Source: Pseudovirgaria hyperparasitica (taxonomy: Eukaryota). From it: a DNA stretch of 64,000 nt. Each line of letters opens with the position of its first letter. The stretch's first letter is position 1. The position numbers were made by a program, and so were the translations under genes. The stretch is from the NCBI GenBank assembly GCA_010093815.1, contig ML996565.1. One strand, 5' to 3'. The notes under the pieces are model-generated. The model did no database searches. It saw nothing but the letters and a program-made list of their open reading frames with translations, and had not been told where the DNA came from. Shown here one piece after another: positions 24,353-36,659 of the stretch.

Positions 24353-25660
24353 GGTGTAGTTAGTATTAAGAAGATATGTTAGACGGGCAGATGGTACGTA
24401 AATATATAACATAGAAGTAGAAAATAACATTTAGAGCTAAATGCCTAATTCCATACGGATAAGGTTAGGTTCGGCTCGCCATAGTGAGATAGGATTAGAT
24501 AGAGTCCGTATATCATCTAAAATAGAGGCAGAGCAAGAGAGAGAGGGATGAGATGACAGCAACATGGCACACAAATCGGCGTGAGCGTCACATAGGAAGA
24601 TTCCCCTTTATGCCACACGATGGTTTCGCCCAGGTAGCTCAACGACCTGGATGTTTACTCTAGAAGCATGCATTCATGCTGTTCCACAAAACCGAAAATA
24701 GAGCCTCAGGGGTATATGAAAGAAGCCTGCCGGGAAGGTAGCTAATATGCATGGCACACACCTCGCGACCTTCCGCGGCAAATATATTGCGCGTTTGCCG
24801 GCCGGATAAGAACGGATTTGGAAGCATGTTTCATGCTATTTTGAGTATGGAAATTGAATGCTACGTATATATATATATAATAGGGCTTGGGCCAGGTCAA
24901 CGGAAACGTCCGGGGCGACTAACGATGGGACCTCTATGATACACTCTTTCGCTGCTCTCGAGTGCCTCGAGGGCACTATGTCCGTGTCGCTGGCATTAAT
25001 GAGGACAATACTACGACGACTATGGACATGTGGCACTGGACCGGCGTAAGAGGTGTGATCTACTGGAGCGGCCACCAGCAGCTGTTGGCAACTGTTCGAG
25101 TAGGAAGGGGTTGTTGCTTCGTGTAGAAGCCTACATTCTACTCTGGGCTAGCAGTAACTTGCCCCTTTATATGGAATTATTCATGTGTAATTCATGTATA
25201 GTTTTCGGTGTGGTTCTTCACGTGAGAAACAGACGTCAAGCATGTTTGAAATCATGAATGGGCATGTCCGCTAAAATAACACGCGAATGAGCGGTATAAG
25301 CCTGCTGTGTGACCAGAGAGTCACCTTGTGGTTTGTCAGTAATGAGGCCGATGGTCTACGGTTCGTATGTTCTACGCGTGATTTTGTACTTTTGTTCAAA
25401 GCAGTGGACCTGATGCTACGCCGTTGTCGTCACAGAGTGCATGAGTCGCTTTTGAGTCAATACGAAGAGAGGGGAAGAAAAAGGATGATGGCAATCAAGC
25501 CTCGCCCACAGTCAAACTGCAGGCTCAGCGACACCTTGAGGGGATGACAACTCTTTATTCGCCTATTTGAAAGCTCCAGTGACAACAATAGTCTCTGATG
25601 TAAACCCAACCGTTATAGTCATCACATGCAATCCGTCCCAACCATACGAAAGAACACCTT

Positions 25661-26263
25661 TTACTGGCCTGGGCGGCGGTCGTTGAAGCGGCGGGGTCCG
25701 CGTTCGGTCTGTTGTTGCTGCGATACGGCAACGACGTTGACGGGGATAGAGTCGAACTGTGCACCGTGATTAGCAGGTCGAAGGCGACACTATAGAACAC
25801 CGGAAACTTACGCCCATGCTCTTGAGGAGGTCCTTTGTCTCCTGGTCAACATCAAGTTGACCGCTCTCGCTGTTTTGCGTGAAGTCAAGCGCGGAGATCT
25901 CTGGCACGTATTGATCCTTTCGCTCACGCTCCTCTTCTTGCAGCTTGAAGGAGATACCACGGACCGGTCCTCGCTGAATACGCTTCATTAAATGTGTGGT
26001 GTAGCCAGCGATCTGATGGTCTCATTAGAAAATTTTCGGTCTTCTGAATTGCAAAGCGGCGAACCTTGTTGCGCAGACGCTTGCTGGCAATGATAGCGAT
26101 CTCATCGCAAATCCTCTTGTTAGTCTCAAAGTCGAGGGAGAGCTTTGGGTAGTATCGCTCGATGATGACCTTGGCGGACTTCTTCACGGTCTGTACAATT
26201 GGTTAAAATTGATATCTCTCATGAAGCACGAGTCTGGCATACCTTGGTACGAACGCGACCCAT
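25661..26263 (-). CDS. RPS17: 40S ribosomal protein S17 (eS17), 4 exons
   Basis: [87 protein letters not shown]...|FDSIPVNVV...GQ*. Confidence 0.97.
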
Positions 26264-29200
26264 TTTGGCGGTGTTATCGAGGTTGTCGGAATTGTGGTAG
26301 CTGACGATACTACTGAGGTTTGCAGATTCCGTGTGTGTAGTGCGCTGCCAAGCATTAGGCGAGAGCTCAGCGTGTCACGTGTACACCTTCTTCCTCTCTT
26401 GTGGGAGTTCAGGCTTCAAAAGGTCCGGTAACACTAGTCAGATGACTAGGACTAGTCATTTTGGCTGAGTGGTTACGACACTCTCAACAGCGCTGTCTAT
26501 CTGTCAGTGATCAATATACAATATACAATATACCACGTTTCGGCGAGTACCACTATCGGCTAGTCTTCTGGCTTGCTTTACAACTAAAGCATCGCGTCGC
26601 TGCATGCTAGATTCGCCTTATGAAATTGCAATCTGTGAGCATGTTGTTCAATTTATCTGTGCGAGCAACATACCCCGAACTCTGTACTACTCCAAGGATT
26701 CGCCCGACTTGAGGAGGTCAAGCAGTGCCGGTGATAGGGTCGCAGCGCTACAAAGCTGCCAAACCTGCACGAGTGAAAAGCACCCCCCAACTTGGATGGA
26801 ACTGCCCATCCGCTCATACCTAAATTCCACGTCTACAAGATACTCACATCTATGACAGTCCTGGTCGCAAGCGATCGTCGGATTCCAGCTCACATTTTTA
26901 TGCATCACAGCATTCCAAGGAGTCACTGAGATGAGGTACAGCATCGCGATCTGCGAGACATGACCGGATCTATCCCAGCCTGTGGCACCTGGCTTGGGTA
27001 TATCTGACGAAGCGTAAATTGGATCAATAGAACTGATATTTCATAGATGCAATCTTTAAGTAACGATTCGCAGCTCTTGTTTATTTGCAATTAGCAGACG
27101 TCCTTGGACATTGTCGCCAAGTCGCGTCTTTCGGACATGTTTCCCCATTTGTCGACGAGACGCTCGACGGCCGCGAGTGCCATCCAGTGGTTGCCAGTAC
27201 ATCAGACCTTGGTAAAAAGAGGAAAGGTTTAATGCTCCAGGGTTAGACGAAGCACCTTGCATAACTATGACAGTCAGAAACACCTCTTCGAACTTTGCAC
27301 ATGAGGCCAGGCTCGTTGCGGCGTGCAAAGAACACTTCAGCCTGCACGACCCCATGTATGTGACTAGGAACAGCTAGTTGTTCCGTGGGTTCGGAATGGC
27401 TTTCTGCCCAGCCCTGCTCAAGACTTCAAATCATCCACCTGGATCGAACGTAGGAACAGGATGTCCGGACTTCCTCATGACCACACTGTATCAGGAACAC
27501 GCCGCTGGCATTCTTGAGCCGAGACAAGACAGCCAGGTGACGAGGCTAATCATCGCTGCCGATGTAGACTGTTTACGCCCCTGAGGCACTGAGGTAGAGC
27601 CGCCTTCCCAGCAGGGCTGCAGCTATTCCCCAAAACCGTCCTGGCGGCGTGATACGGCTTTCGCTTAGACGGTAGTGACCTTCCACGCTGTTTCTAGAAG
27701 CTCATCAAGACTACGGGAGACAAACCCTTGACCCATGCCACTCATCAGGCTTGGAAGTGGATGCTATGGGTGACAGAGCCGCATTTAGTATCCCTTGCAA
27801 GTTGAGATCCGGGGACAAGCTCTAGGAAGGCGAAGGTGAAATTCGACGTTCAGAGGATATCTCAGCAAGATGATAACAAAGCCCTCTCGTGAAACGAGGT
27901 CGAGATGGAACTATGAAACGCTGTTCATAGGGCGGCACATCATAACATCGCCCGCGGTAGTCGTTCATATCACGGCCCCAAGGCTATTTGCGTACCGTGT
28001 TCGTATCAGAGCCTCGTCATTAGAGGTCCGAGACACTCATTGACGCAGAGTTGTCCACAAAAGATACACATTGACCAGCCTTAACATGAAGGCTTCACGA
28101 CAATTTCACTAGCTTACAACATTGAACATGTCACCATGCGGGTCCTAAGGCACATGGCTCGTCCACACCAGGAGCAGATGGGGCAAGACCGCGTTACGAA
28201 TTGCCACGCACAGAGTGTCTGCTGGGTCGTGCATGTCGTAGAGCTTCGACACCTCGAAACAGCTAATTATACAGAAGATAAGAAAAACACAGGACAGTGA
28301 TGAGTGTGATGAGGCAGACTTCGCCACATGGATTTGCGCGCGCAATTAAGACTCCCTCCAATTAGTCAAGGGATCAAACGCTTCAGCTGTCAGCCTGCTG
28401 CGTGGCGTGGCACAATATGTTTGCTTGGTGGATACAACATGCATGCGCCATGACACGGGACATGGCCCGATACATGAAGTGGTGGAAGGCCTTTGGGTTG
28501 CTGTTGATCGGCCTAAAGCAAACGAGATATCAGTATCCCGAGCCGCAGACGAGGCAGTAGTGTGAAAGCCATCACCGAGATGCTAATACTACCTTAAGCC
28601 AAGTCTCGCTTTGAAGATAATACTTCCATCGCATCTAGAAAGGCTGGGCAGGTGGCACGTCTCGGCGTAGGATTGGGAGCACAGGTGGGGGCGTTTGGTG
28701 GTAGCCCGGGCCAGTCGCAACGTGATTGCGCTCCTATCAGCCACTCCAGTCACTCGTCACTCAACTCCACTCACCTTACATCAACATCAGACCCTTCTTC
28801 GCGGCACTGCATCTCTGCGCTTTTCCGACGTCGCGCGTCCCGAAGGCACATGGACAGGGGGCAGGGAACCAGACTGAGATGGGCCTCCCTAACTTCCCAA
28901 ACGTATCCACCCGCTCTGCTTGGCCTGATAACTGCGGTTGCCGTGTATGGTTGTGCCCTCGCAGCCAACATCAGCCAATGCCATGGCTCATTAGCAGCGA
29001 TTCCTCCAACAGGGCTGGCCTGCTCTTTTCCAGGGCAATATAAGTGGACCAGAGAGGCTGATCGGTTTGCCGCCACGGCTGGTGGAATTCTCATCAGAGC
29101 AAGCTTGAGAGTTTCGTAAGGTCCTCTCGAAAGCATGAAAGTCTGGCTTGATCAGGCAAGCGGGATGATGATAGAGAGAAGACTGAGAATGGGTAATGGA

Positions 29201-29856
29201 ACGACGAGCAAACGAGCAAACGAGCCACCCCGGACAATGAAAGCTGGGCGACGCGACTAGGCTATCTTGAGGCTCCGCCCAGACACGGCCAAGGCAGATA
29301 CAGGAAGCCGTGATTCGACAGATGTCCTATGTTGCGCTGCTAACGGGCCTTCCAAGACTCCTAAGACACTCCAGATACGACCACACTGTCGTCGAGCCGG
29401 CTCCACAGCGCCAGTGCTTGTCTTCCTAGCGCGCGAACGACATCACCTACTGCCATCTCGTCCGAGCCATTCAATACTCCTCGCTGGGGCCGACGGTTGG
29501 ATCTAGGTTCTTGGCTTCATCCCACACGGCCAGTCGACGCCCAGCTGCCTATTACGACTTCTAGTAGGTCTTGACACGGACCCTTTGATGCAAGTCGCGT
29601 GCCGATAACGAGTTGTGGGGTGGAACACTCTTTGGCCCTTCGATTCGATAGGAATATAATAATGCACCCCATCGCCCTTCCACAGCATGCGTCCAACTGA
29701 AGATCCGTTTGTTGCAGTTGGCTGTTGGGCCCTTTACCGTGTTCCTCCTCGCAGGTAGCATTTTACCTGGCTTCGGTACCTTTCACCTACCTCTATTCCA
29801 CCCTCAAACACTCAATACGTCCTCTCCGGACAAGCTATAGGGTCACACACGCCACC

Positions 29857-31621
29857 ATGAGCAAAGACATCGAGAAGACGAGCGCTGAAATAGCCCCGTC
29901 ACCAACATATGAGTATGGATCCTCGGATGAACCTAAAGGCACCGCTTGGGGAAACTTCAGAGATAGTTTCAAGCGCCAGCCTGGTGTGTCGACAGCAGAT
30001 GGACCAGAAGATCCAGCCCAGCTCTCCCGCCGTCTGAAGGGCCGCCACCTCCAGATGATTGCCATTGGAGGCTCGATTGGTACAGGTCTCTTCATCGGTT
30101 CGGGTTCCGCTCTCGCAAAGGGTGGTCCCGCGTCACTCGTTCTCGCCTTCGGTCTCATTGGAATCATGTTGTACTGTACCGTCCATGCACTGGGCGAGAT
30201 GGCCGTCATGTACCCTGTCTCTGGTTCTTTCGCTACCTTCTCGAGCCGATTCATTGATCCTGCGTGGGGTTTCGCCATGGGTTGGAATTATGCGATGCAG
30301 TGGCTCATTGTGCTCCCGCTCGAAATCATTGCGGCGGCCATCACATTAACCTACTGGGAAGGTGCGAGAGATGTCAACTCTGCTGCTTGGTCCACCATCT
30401 TCTTCGTGTTGATTGTTGCAATCAACTTGTTCGGAGTCAAGGGCTACGGTGAAGCAGAGTTTGTCTTCTCGCTCATCAAAGTTATTGCTGTCATCGGTTT
30501 CATGTAAGATTTTTGAATTGGAGCATTGACACTGTCGCTAATCTTCTTGCAGCATCCTCGGCATATGCATCAACGTCGGCGCCAGCCCGACCGGCGAAGT
30601 TATTGGTGACAAGTACTGGAGCGACCCGGGCGCGTTCAATAATGGGTTCAAGGGGCTTTGCAGTGTCTTCGTTACTGCGGCGTTCGCATTCGCAGGTACC
30701 GAACTCGTCGGTCTAGCCGCCGCGGAGACCCAAAACCCCAGAAGGATGCTTCCTACAGCGATCAAGCAGGTGTTCTGGAGAATTACTCTCTTCTACATTG
30801 TCTCGCTTGTAATTGTTGGCTGCCTGGTCCCCTACACCGAACCTGAACTTCTTAATGGATCCAGCAGCGTCGACATCACAGCATCACCCTTCGTTATTGC
30901 CATCTCGAACGCTTCGATCCCTGTCCTCCCATCGATATTCAACGTTGTTATCATGATTGCCGTGCTTTCGGTGGGCAACTCGTCCATCTACGGATCGTCG
31001 CGTGTGCTAGCTGGTATGGCTGAGCGCGGACAGGCGCCCAAGATACTTGCCTATATTGATCGCTCTGGTCGGCCCCTTGTGTCTATCCTCGTCGCGTCTG
31101 CGTTTGGACTTCTGTACCTGATTGTCGCAGCCGGTGATCAGGCTCGTAGCGACGCGTTCAACTGGATGCTTGCACTTTCTGGTCTATCGTCCATTTTCAC
31201 GTGGGGATCCATCTGTCTTGCGCACATCCGATTCAGGTCTGCGTGGAAGAAGCAGGGACACAGTCTCGACGAGCTCGCATTCAGGAGTCAGCCTGGTGTT
31301 ATTGGCTCTTGGGTAGGATTTATCTTCAACTGCCTCGTCCTGATCGCGCAGTTCTGGACTGGATTTGCTCCGGTTGGCTACGGCGAGCTCACTGCCAACG
31401 AACGAGTCATCAGCTTCTTCCAGGCATATCTCAGCGCACCCATCATCGTCGTGACGTACGTGGTGTACAAGATCATCTACAAGACACCGATCATGCGATC
31501 GCATACAATCGATCTCCAGACCGGACGTCGCGAGCTCGACCTGCAACACCTGATTGAGGAGGAGCAGGCGGAGAAGCGGGCATGGCCTATGTGGAAGAAG
31601 GTGTACAAGTTCTTTTGCTAG
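29857..31621 (+). CDS. Amino-acid permease, YAT/APC family (Gap1-like); intron 30504-30552
   Basis: RRLKGRHLQMIAIGGSIGTGLFIGSG, FAFAGTELVGLAAAET.NP, SPFVIAI, SVGNSSIYGSSR; C-terminal FFC. Confidence 0.93.
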
Positions 31622-32889
31622 ACGAAAAGTCGCGCTGGGGAGTTTACGATACCACGGGAAGGCAGGCGTTGCGTTGTGTTGCGTAGCATACCCTTTTGAA
31701 TGAAGTCTGATGTTTTGACAAGTAGCATTTGCATGGATAGAAGCACGTCTAATAATGATATGGTTCCATGTACTCCATCCAATCCACGTCGATGCTGAGC
31801 ACCCGCGGACCAGCCCAGTGAATGATTAATTACTGCCCGTCTGTGCTTTCAGCCAATTATCAACAGAACGCGCTGATTTAGGTCTAGCGTGACGGCGATC
31901 GCCATGGTGGCCACAACAATACCGCTTGCCACTAGCGGACGAGGACTAATGCACCCCGCAAAATCCGTCGAAGCCATACGTGCAGAGATCGGATGGGTCT
32001 ATCAGTACTACTATTGTATTGTTGCAGTGTCGACCTCTGTGACACAGAATGGCAGTATTAGCAGCATATTAATTTCCGGTGGTGGTGGTGGTGGTGTTGG
32101 TAGTGGTGAAGAGTCAGGCAAGTATCAGGCAGCTGGACGGAGAGAAAGAAGCCTCGGCTGGAGCAGGAGTGATAATCGGATCAAGGACTAGGTAATTAAA
32201 AGGAGGCGGTAATGAAGATTCAGATGATGGAATGACTATCTAGATCCAGATGAACGACGCGACTCATATTACGTTAATTGCTTGCTTGTGCTATTAAGTT
32301 AATACTACTGACTGACACTCTATCGCGACCTCGGCAAAATGCTCACATGGCCTGGCGAGGGTTGCCGACGATGACTTCTTATGATGAGACTGCTGCTTCT
32401 CGCACTTCTTTGTATCTCTATTGTATTAGTATATACTATTCTATATACACCTTCTGGCTATCCACAACCTGTCTACAACCGATTACCTACGTCGTCGTCC
32501 CTATTACATACAGCACACAAGGATCTGGCCAATACAGCGCCGCCCGTTTCTAAGCTGCCCACCCACGCCTGAGTGTGTGTCAACTACCAACGTTCAACCC
32601 CGCCCCCAGCTTGTCATTCCATTTTCCCCCCGCAGCAGCAGCAGCCAACAACGGCCCTGAGCGTGTGTTGTTCTATTATCATTAGTTGGTGTATACAGAT
32701 ATCTGTCTAAATTTCCTATTTACGATCTGATATCTAGAAGGTCCGCGTCGCAGACAGAGTATATAGAGTCTTGGTGTCGGCGACTCTTTTTGCCAGCACA
32801 CACGCATCAGTCCTCAACTTTGGACACAGCATCAATCTCATCCACAGACGTCGTCCTCGAGCCGACGCAAAGGAGTAAGCCATTGAATT

Positions 32890-32896
32890 TGAGTCA
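32890..32896 (+). promoter_or_regulatory. Gcn4/CpcA (AP-1-type) site TGAGTCA upstream of AAT2
   Basis: Perfect TGASTCA about 245 bp before the first AAT2 ATG; plausible for an amino-acid metabolism gene but only a 7-mer. Confidence 0.45.
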
Positions 32897-33138
32897 TTTT
32901 GTCCCTTGACCCCTGGCTGCCCAACCGGTGCAAGCCATTCTTACAGCTATTCTTACGGGAATAGTCAGTTGAAACGGTCGCTGAGTTGACGTAATTAGCT
33001 CTGCAGCGTGCAGCTCAACTGCAGGAACCACTCCACTGCTCAAACTGTCTTCAGGAATTCATACCTCAGGCCACGAGAGCTGCTAAGAGCGGTGAACAGA
33101 GCTCCCCGAAGTTCCAGCTGTGCCAATATTCCCAAGCC

Positions 33139-34601
33139 ATGTCTTCTTCCTCTTCTTCCTCATCCCAATCACTCCAATCTTCACACCAACGACTCGGTCA
33201 ATTATCCAGTCATCTCTCAAACAAGATGGCCTCCGCATTCACCGCAGATATCGTTCCCCAAGCTCCAGAGGACCCGCTCTTCGGTCTGATGGCTGCTTAC
33301 CGCAAGGACACGTTTGCGCAGAAGGTCGATCTGGGCATTGGTGCTTACCGTGATGATAATGCTAAGCCCTGGGTGTTGCCAGTAGTAAAGAAGGTCAGTC
33401 TGCTCTTTTACCATGCCTGGCTTCTATCCGTCGTCGTCACGGAGCCCTTGCTAATGTCAAGCCAGGCCGACAAAATCATTGCTGACGATCCGGACCTCAA
33501 CCACGAATACCTTCCTATTGCTGGTCTCCAACAGTTCACAAGTGCCTCTCAGAGGCTAAGTCTCGGTGCAGACAGCCCAGCGATCAAAGAAGGACGAGTA
33601 AGGCCATTGTGCATCGTACTATTACTACAACAACTGAAAATAATCGTCCACAGGTTGCATCACTCCAGACCATTTCAGGCACTGGTGCTGTCCACCTCGG
33701 CGCCCTCTTCCTCTCCAAATTCTACAAGTACTCTGGTCAGACACCTACCGGATACTTTTCGAATCCAACATGGGCTAATCATGGCCAAATCTTCGACACC
33801 GCCCGTCTCTCACACAAGACATATCGCTACTTCTCGCCAACGACAAAGGGTCTCGACTTCGAGGGCATGATGTCTGACATTAAGGCTACCCCAGAAGGAA
33901 GCATCATTCTGCTTCATGCCTGTGCACATAACCCCACTGGTGTTGATCCAACACAAGAGCAATGGAAACAGATCGCACAAGTCATGGCGCAGAGGCGGCA
34001 ATTCCCCTTCTTCGACACTGCATACCAAGGCTTTGCATCTGGCGACTTGAACAAAGACGCTTGGGCCATCCGCTATTTCATTGCACAGGGCTTCGAGCTT
34101 TGCATCGCACAGTCATACGCCAAGAACTTTGGTCTCTATGGTGAGCGCGCTGGCTGCTTCCACTTCGTGACAGCCCCCGGATCCGATGCACAGAGCACAA
34201 TTACTCGCATCGCCTCCCAGCTGGCCATCCTGCAGAGATCTGAGATCTCGAACCCGCCCGCGTATGGCGCACGCATTGCGTCGTTGGTGCTCAACACTCC
34301 AGAGCTCTTTGCCGAGTGGGAGGCTAATCTGCGGACCATGAGTGGACGCATCATCGAAATGCGCACCCAGCTTCGCGCCAAGCTCGAGCAGCTCGGCACG
34401 CCAGGCACGTGGAACCACATCACCGACCAGATCGGCATGTTTAGCTTCACAGGTCTATCAGAAAAACAGGTGCTGAAGATCCGGGAAGACGCACATGTCT
34501 ATATGACGAAGAACGGGCGTATCAGCATGGCCGGCCTAAATTCGCATAACATTGACTATTTTGCAAAGGCCGTCGACAAGGTCGTCAGAGAGACTCAGTA
34601 G
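33139..34601 (+). CDS. AAT2: Aspartate aminotransferase, cytosolic type, with a PTS2-bearing N-terminal extension (second ATG 33226; introns 33394-33465, 33598-33653)
   Basis: PQAPEDPLFGL, KVDLGIGAYRD, QTISGTGA, HACAHNPTGVDP, FDTAYQGFASG, PLP-lysine motif QSYAKNFGLYGERAG. Confidence 0.96.
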
Positions 34602-35007
34602 TTCAACGCTATGATCAGATGTGACAGACGGGGAGGTAAAGCGTCTGGCTTGAATTTTTGTACAATTAATCAAAGACACAAAAAGTTGCGGCGGCTCTTG
34701 GGAGGTTTCAGGAGGGGCTGTAGAGGGTCCAGGCATTGGAGTTTGCGCATAGAGGGTGCTCGAGCATATCATACACGTATACACACACGCATCCGCTTTC
34801 TCTGCTCATAGTGTGGTTTTTTCTTCTTCTTCAACGAAGGCAGGATGTATACCTGGTGGATGGTGGATTGTCGTGATTGGGAGAGATGAAGCCTACGGCG
34901 CGATTCTTTGATCTTCTCCTCGCATTCAGTTCTATCCCATACAGAGGAAGAACCTAGTAGGGTGTGTTATGTAATGTTAAGGGGGGGTGGTTTGAGCGTT
35001 GTTTTGC

Positions 35008-36387
35008 TCATCCGAATATCGACGCTGCTGCTGTTGCTGCCGCCTGTTGCTGCTGCTGCTGCTGGTCTGGTGCTGTACTACGATTACTATGATGCGCAGA
35101 TGCTGGTGCCACAGCGGTCTGCTCGTGAGACGTGTCGTCTTGAAGGCCCCCTATCCCGTCGCACGTCGTACGCTTCTCATCATCCACATCCACATCCACA
35201 TCCACACCAAGCCCCCTCAGTCCCACCCTCCTCTCCTCCTCCTCCTTCTTCTTCTCCTCCTCCTCCTCCGCCCTCTCCCGCACCACAGCCTCCACCCTCC
35301 TCCTCTCCATGCCCCTCACCCACTCCAGATCCCGCAAATGCTGATCCGCAGGCCAATACCGCCACTGCCGCGCCTCCGCCTTCCACGCCCGATTCGGCAA
35401 ATACGCCTGCAGCGAGTAATACCGATCGCGCTCATAGGGGAACTCAAACGACGGCCTGCCCGGCCGCGCACAGAACGCATCCGTGCCAGCCGCGACATCG
35501 GCCTCGCACAGCCCGTACGGCGGACGCAGTGCGGCGCCGCGCTCGCGGATCATGAAGATTATGGTCGCGAGGTGGCGCTGCAGGATGAGCGCGTAGAGGA
35601 GCGGGGATGAGAGTGCGGCGCGCACGAGGCGCGCGTTTGCGGCGACGAGGGTCTTGTTCCATGAGGGATTCGTGCCGCGCGGGAGTAAGGGGGGGATGTT
35701 GGTGAGGTGGGAGTGGGTGCGCCAGTGGGCGAGGTCGACGAGGGTGCAGAGGTTGTTCCAGGCGAGGATGCAGGTTGTGCAGCTGCAGATGAGGCGCGGG
35801 TTGTAGTGCTCGATGTGGGGGAAGGTGGTTTTGTGGAGGTCGAGGGTGCCGGATGCGTCGCGGGCGAGGAGGACGGCGTGGAGGGTTGGGTCGACTCGGG
35901 CGAGGAGGACGGGGCGTGGGAAGCATTTTGTGAGGATCGGGTAGCGGGTTTCGAGGATTTGGCGCGCGAGGCTGGAGGCGTGGTGGGTGGTGAGGGCGTG
36001 GGCGTGTTTGGAGACGCGCGTGTAGGTTAGGATGTCGGATGGGAGGAGGTGGGTGAGGATGGCGCAGAGGATCTCGGGGGGTAGGGTTTGGAGATTGGGT
36101 TTTGCGGCTGCTTTTTGCGATTTTTGGGATTGTTTCTTGTGCAGGCGTGCTAGTTTTTTGGAGTGTAGTGTTAGGGGTTTGGTCGTGTCGTTTAGAGGCT
36201 CGTCGTTGTCGTCGTTGTCGTCGTTGTCGTCGTTGTCGTCGTTGTCGTCGTTGTCGTCGTTGTCGTCGTTGTCGTTGTCGTCGTTGTCGTCGTTGTCGTC
36301 GTTGTTGTCGTCCTCGATGACCGTTTTCCGTGCTCTTCGCGACTGTTTTGTCTTCAGTGTGTCTCTGGATACGGGTGGCGGGTTCAT
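35008..36387 (-). CDS. F-box domain protein with N-terminal (DDN)n tract and low-complexity C-terminus
   Basis: LQTLPPEILCAILTHLLPSDILTYTRVSK F-box; CSCTTC motif; FEFPYERDRYYSLQAYLPNR. Confidence 0.8.
   Translation of the reverse strand: MNPPPVSRDTLKTKQSRRARKTVIEDDNNDDNDDNDDNDNDDNDDNDDNDDNDDNDDNDDNDEPLNDTTKPLTLHSKKLARLHKKQSQKSQKAAAKPNLQTLPPEILCAILTHLLPSDILTYTRVSKHAHALTTHHASSLARQILETRYPILTKCFPRPVLLARVDPTLHAVLLARDASGTLDLHKTTFPHIEHYNPRLICSCTTCILAWNNLCTLVDLAHWRTHSHLTNIPPLLPRGTNPSWNKTLVAANARLVRAALSSPLLYALILQRHLATIIFMIRERGAALRPPYGLCEADVAAGTDAFCARPGRPSFEFPYERDRYYSLQAYLPNRAWKAEARQWRYWPADQHLRDLEWVRGMERRRVEAVVRERAEEEEEKKKEEEERRVGLRGLGVDVDVDVDDEKRTTCDGIGGLQDDTSHEQTAVAPASAHHSNRSTAPDQQQQQQQAAATAAASIFG
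36201..36312 (-). repeat. 9-bp coding repeat (GACGACAAC)n encoding (DDN)n
   Basis: gtcgtcgtt repeated about 11-12 times on the + strand. Confidence 0.9.
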
Positions 36388-36659
36388 TGTTCTTTGACTC
36401 TACCACTGCGAAGTGGAAGTGTGGAGTAGAAGATGCAATTCACGCTGAGTTTTTTAAGTATGAGAGCGTGGACATTTCCTATGGCGGTGTTGAAGTTGAG
36501 GGACCGCTTCAGCTAGGCTGACGTCATCACGTACTTAGCCGCTTGATTGTATCTTTGAGGTCTCAAATTCTGATACATATTGTCCACATTTCTACCACAT
36601 AGGGCTATGCAAGAGAGTATGTCTTCTGGACCAAACGGTGCGAGTGAGAGTGATGCAAC

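Larger units (their letters stand above)
23330..24500. other. AT-rich, TpA-rich island, possibly a RIP-degraded relic
   Basis: Abrupt switch to TA/TAG/CTA-rich sequence with few CpA/TpG dinucleotides and no credible ORF. Confidence 0.6.

Noticed and set aside
23948..24430. Hydrophobic ORFs in the AT-rich island
   Set aside because: Translations of simple repeats
26500..29700. Short ORFs in the long region upstream of the amino-acid permease
   Set aside because: No family motifs or consistent exon chain; scattered GATA motifs are not clearly above chance
34599..34652. Read-through extension of AAT2
   Set aside because: Ends in KRLA, not a PTS1; TAG-T context
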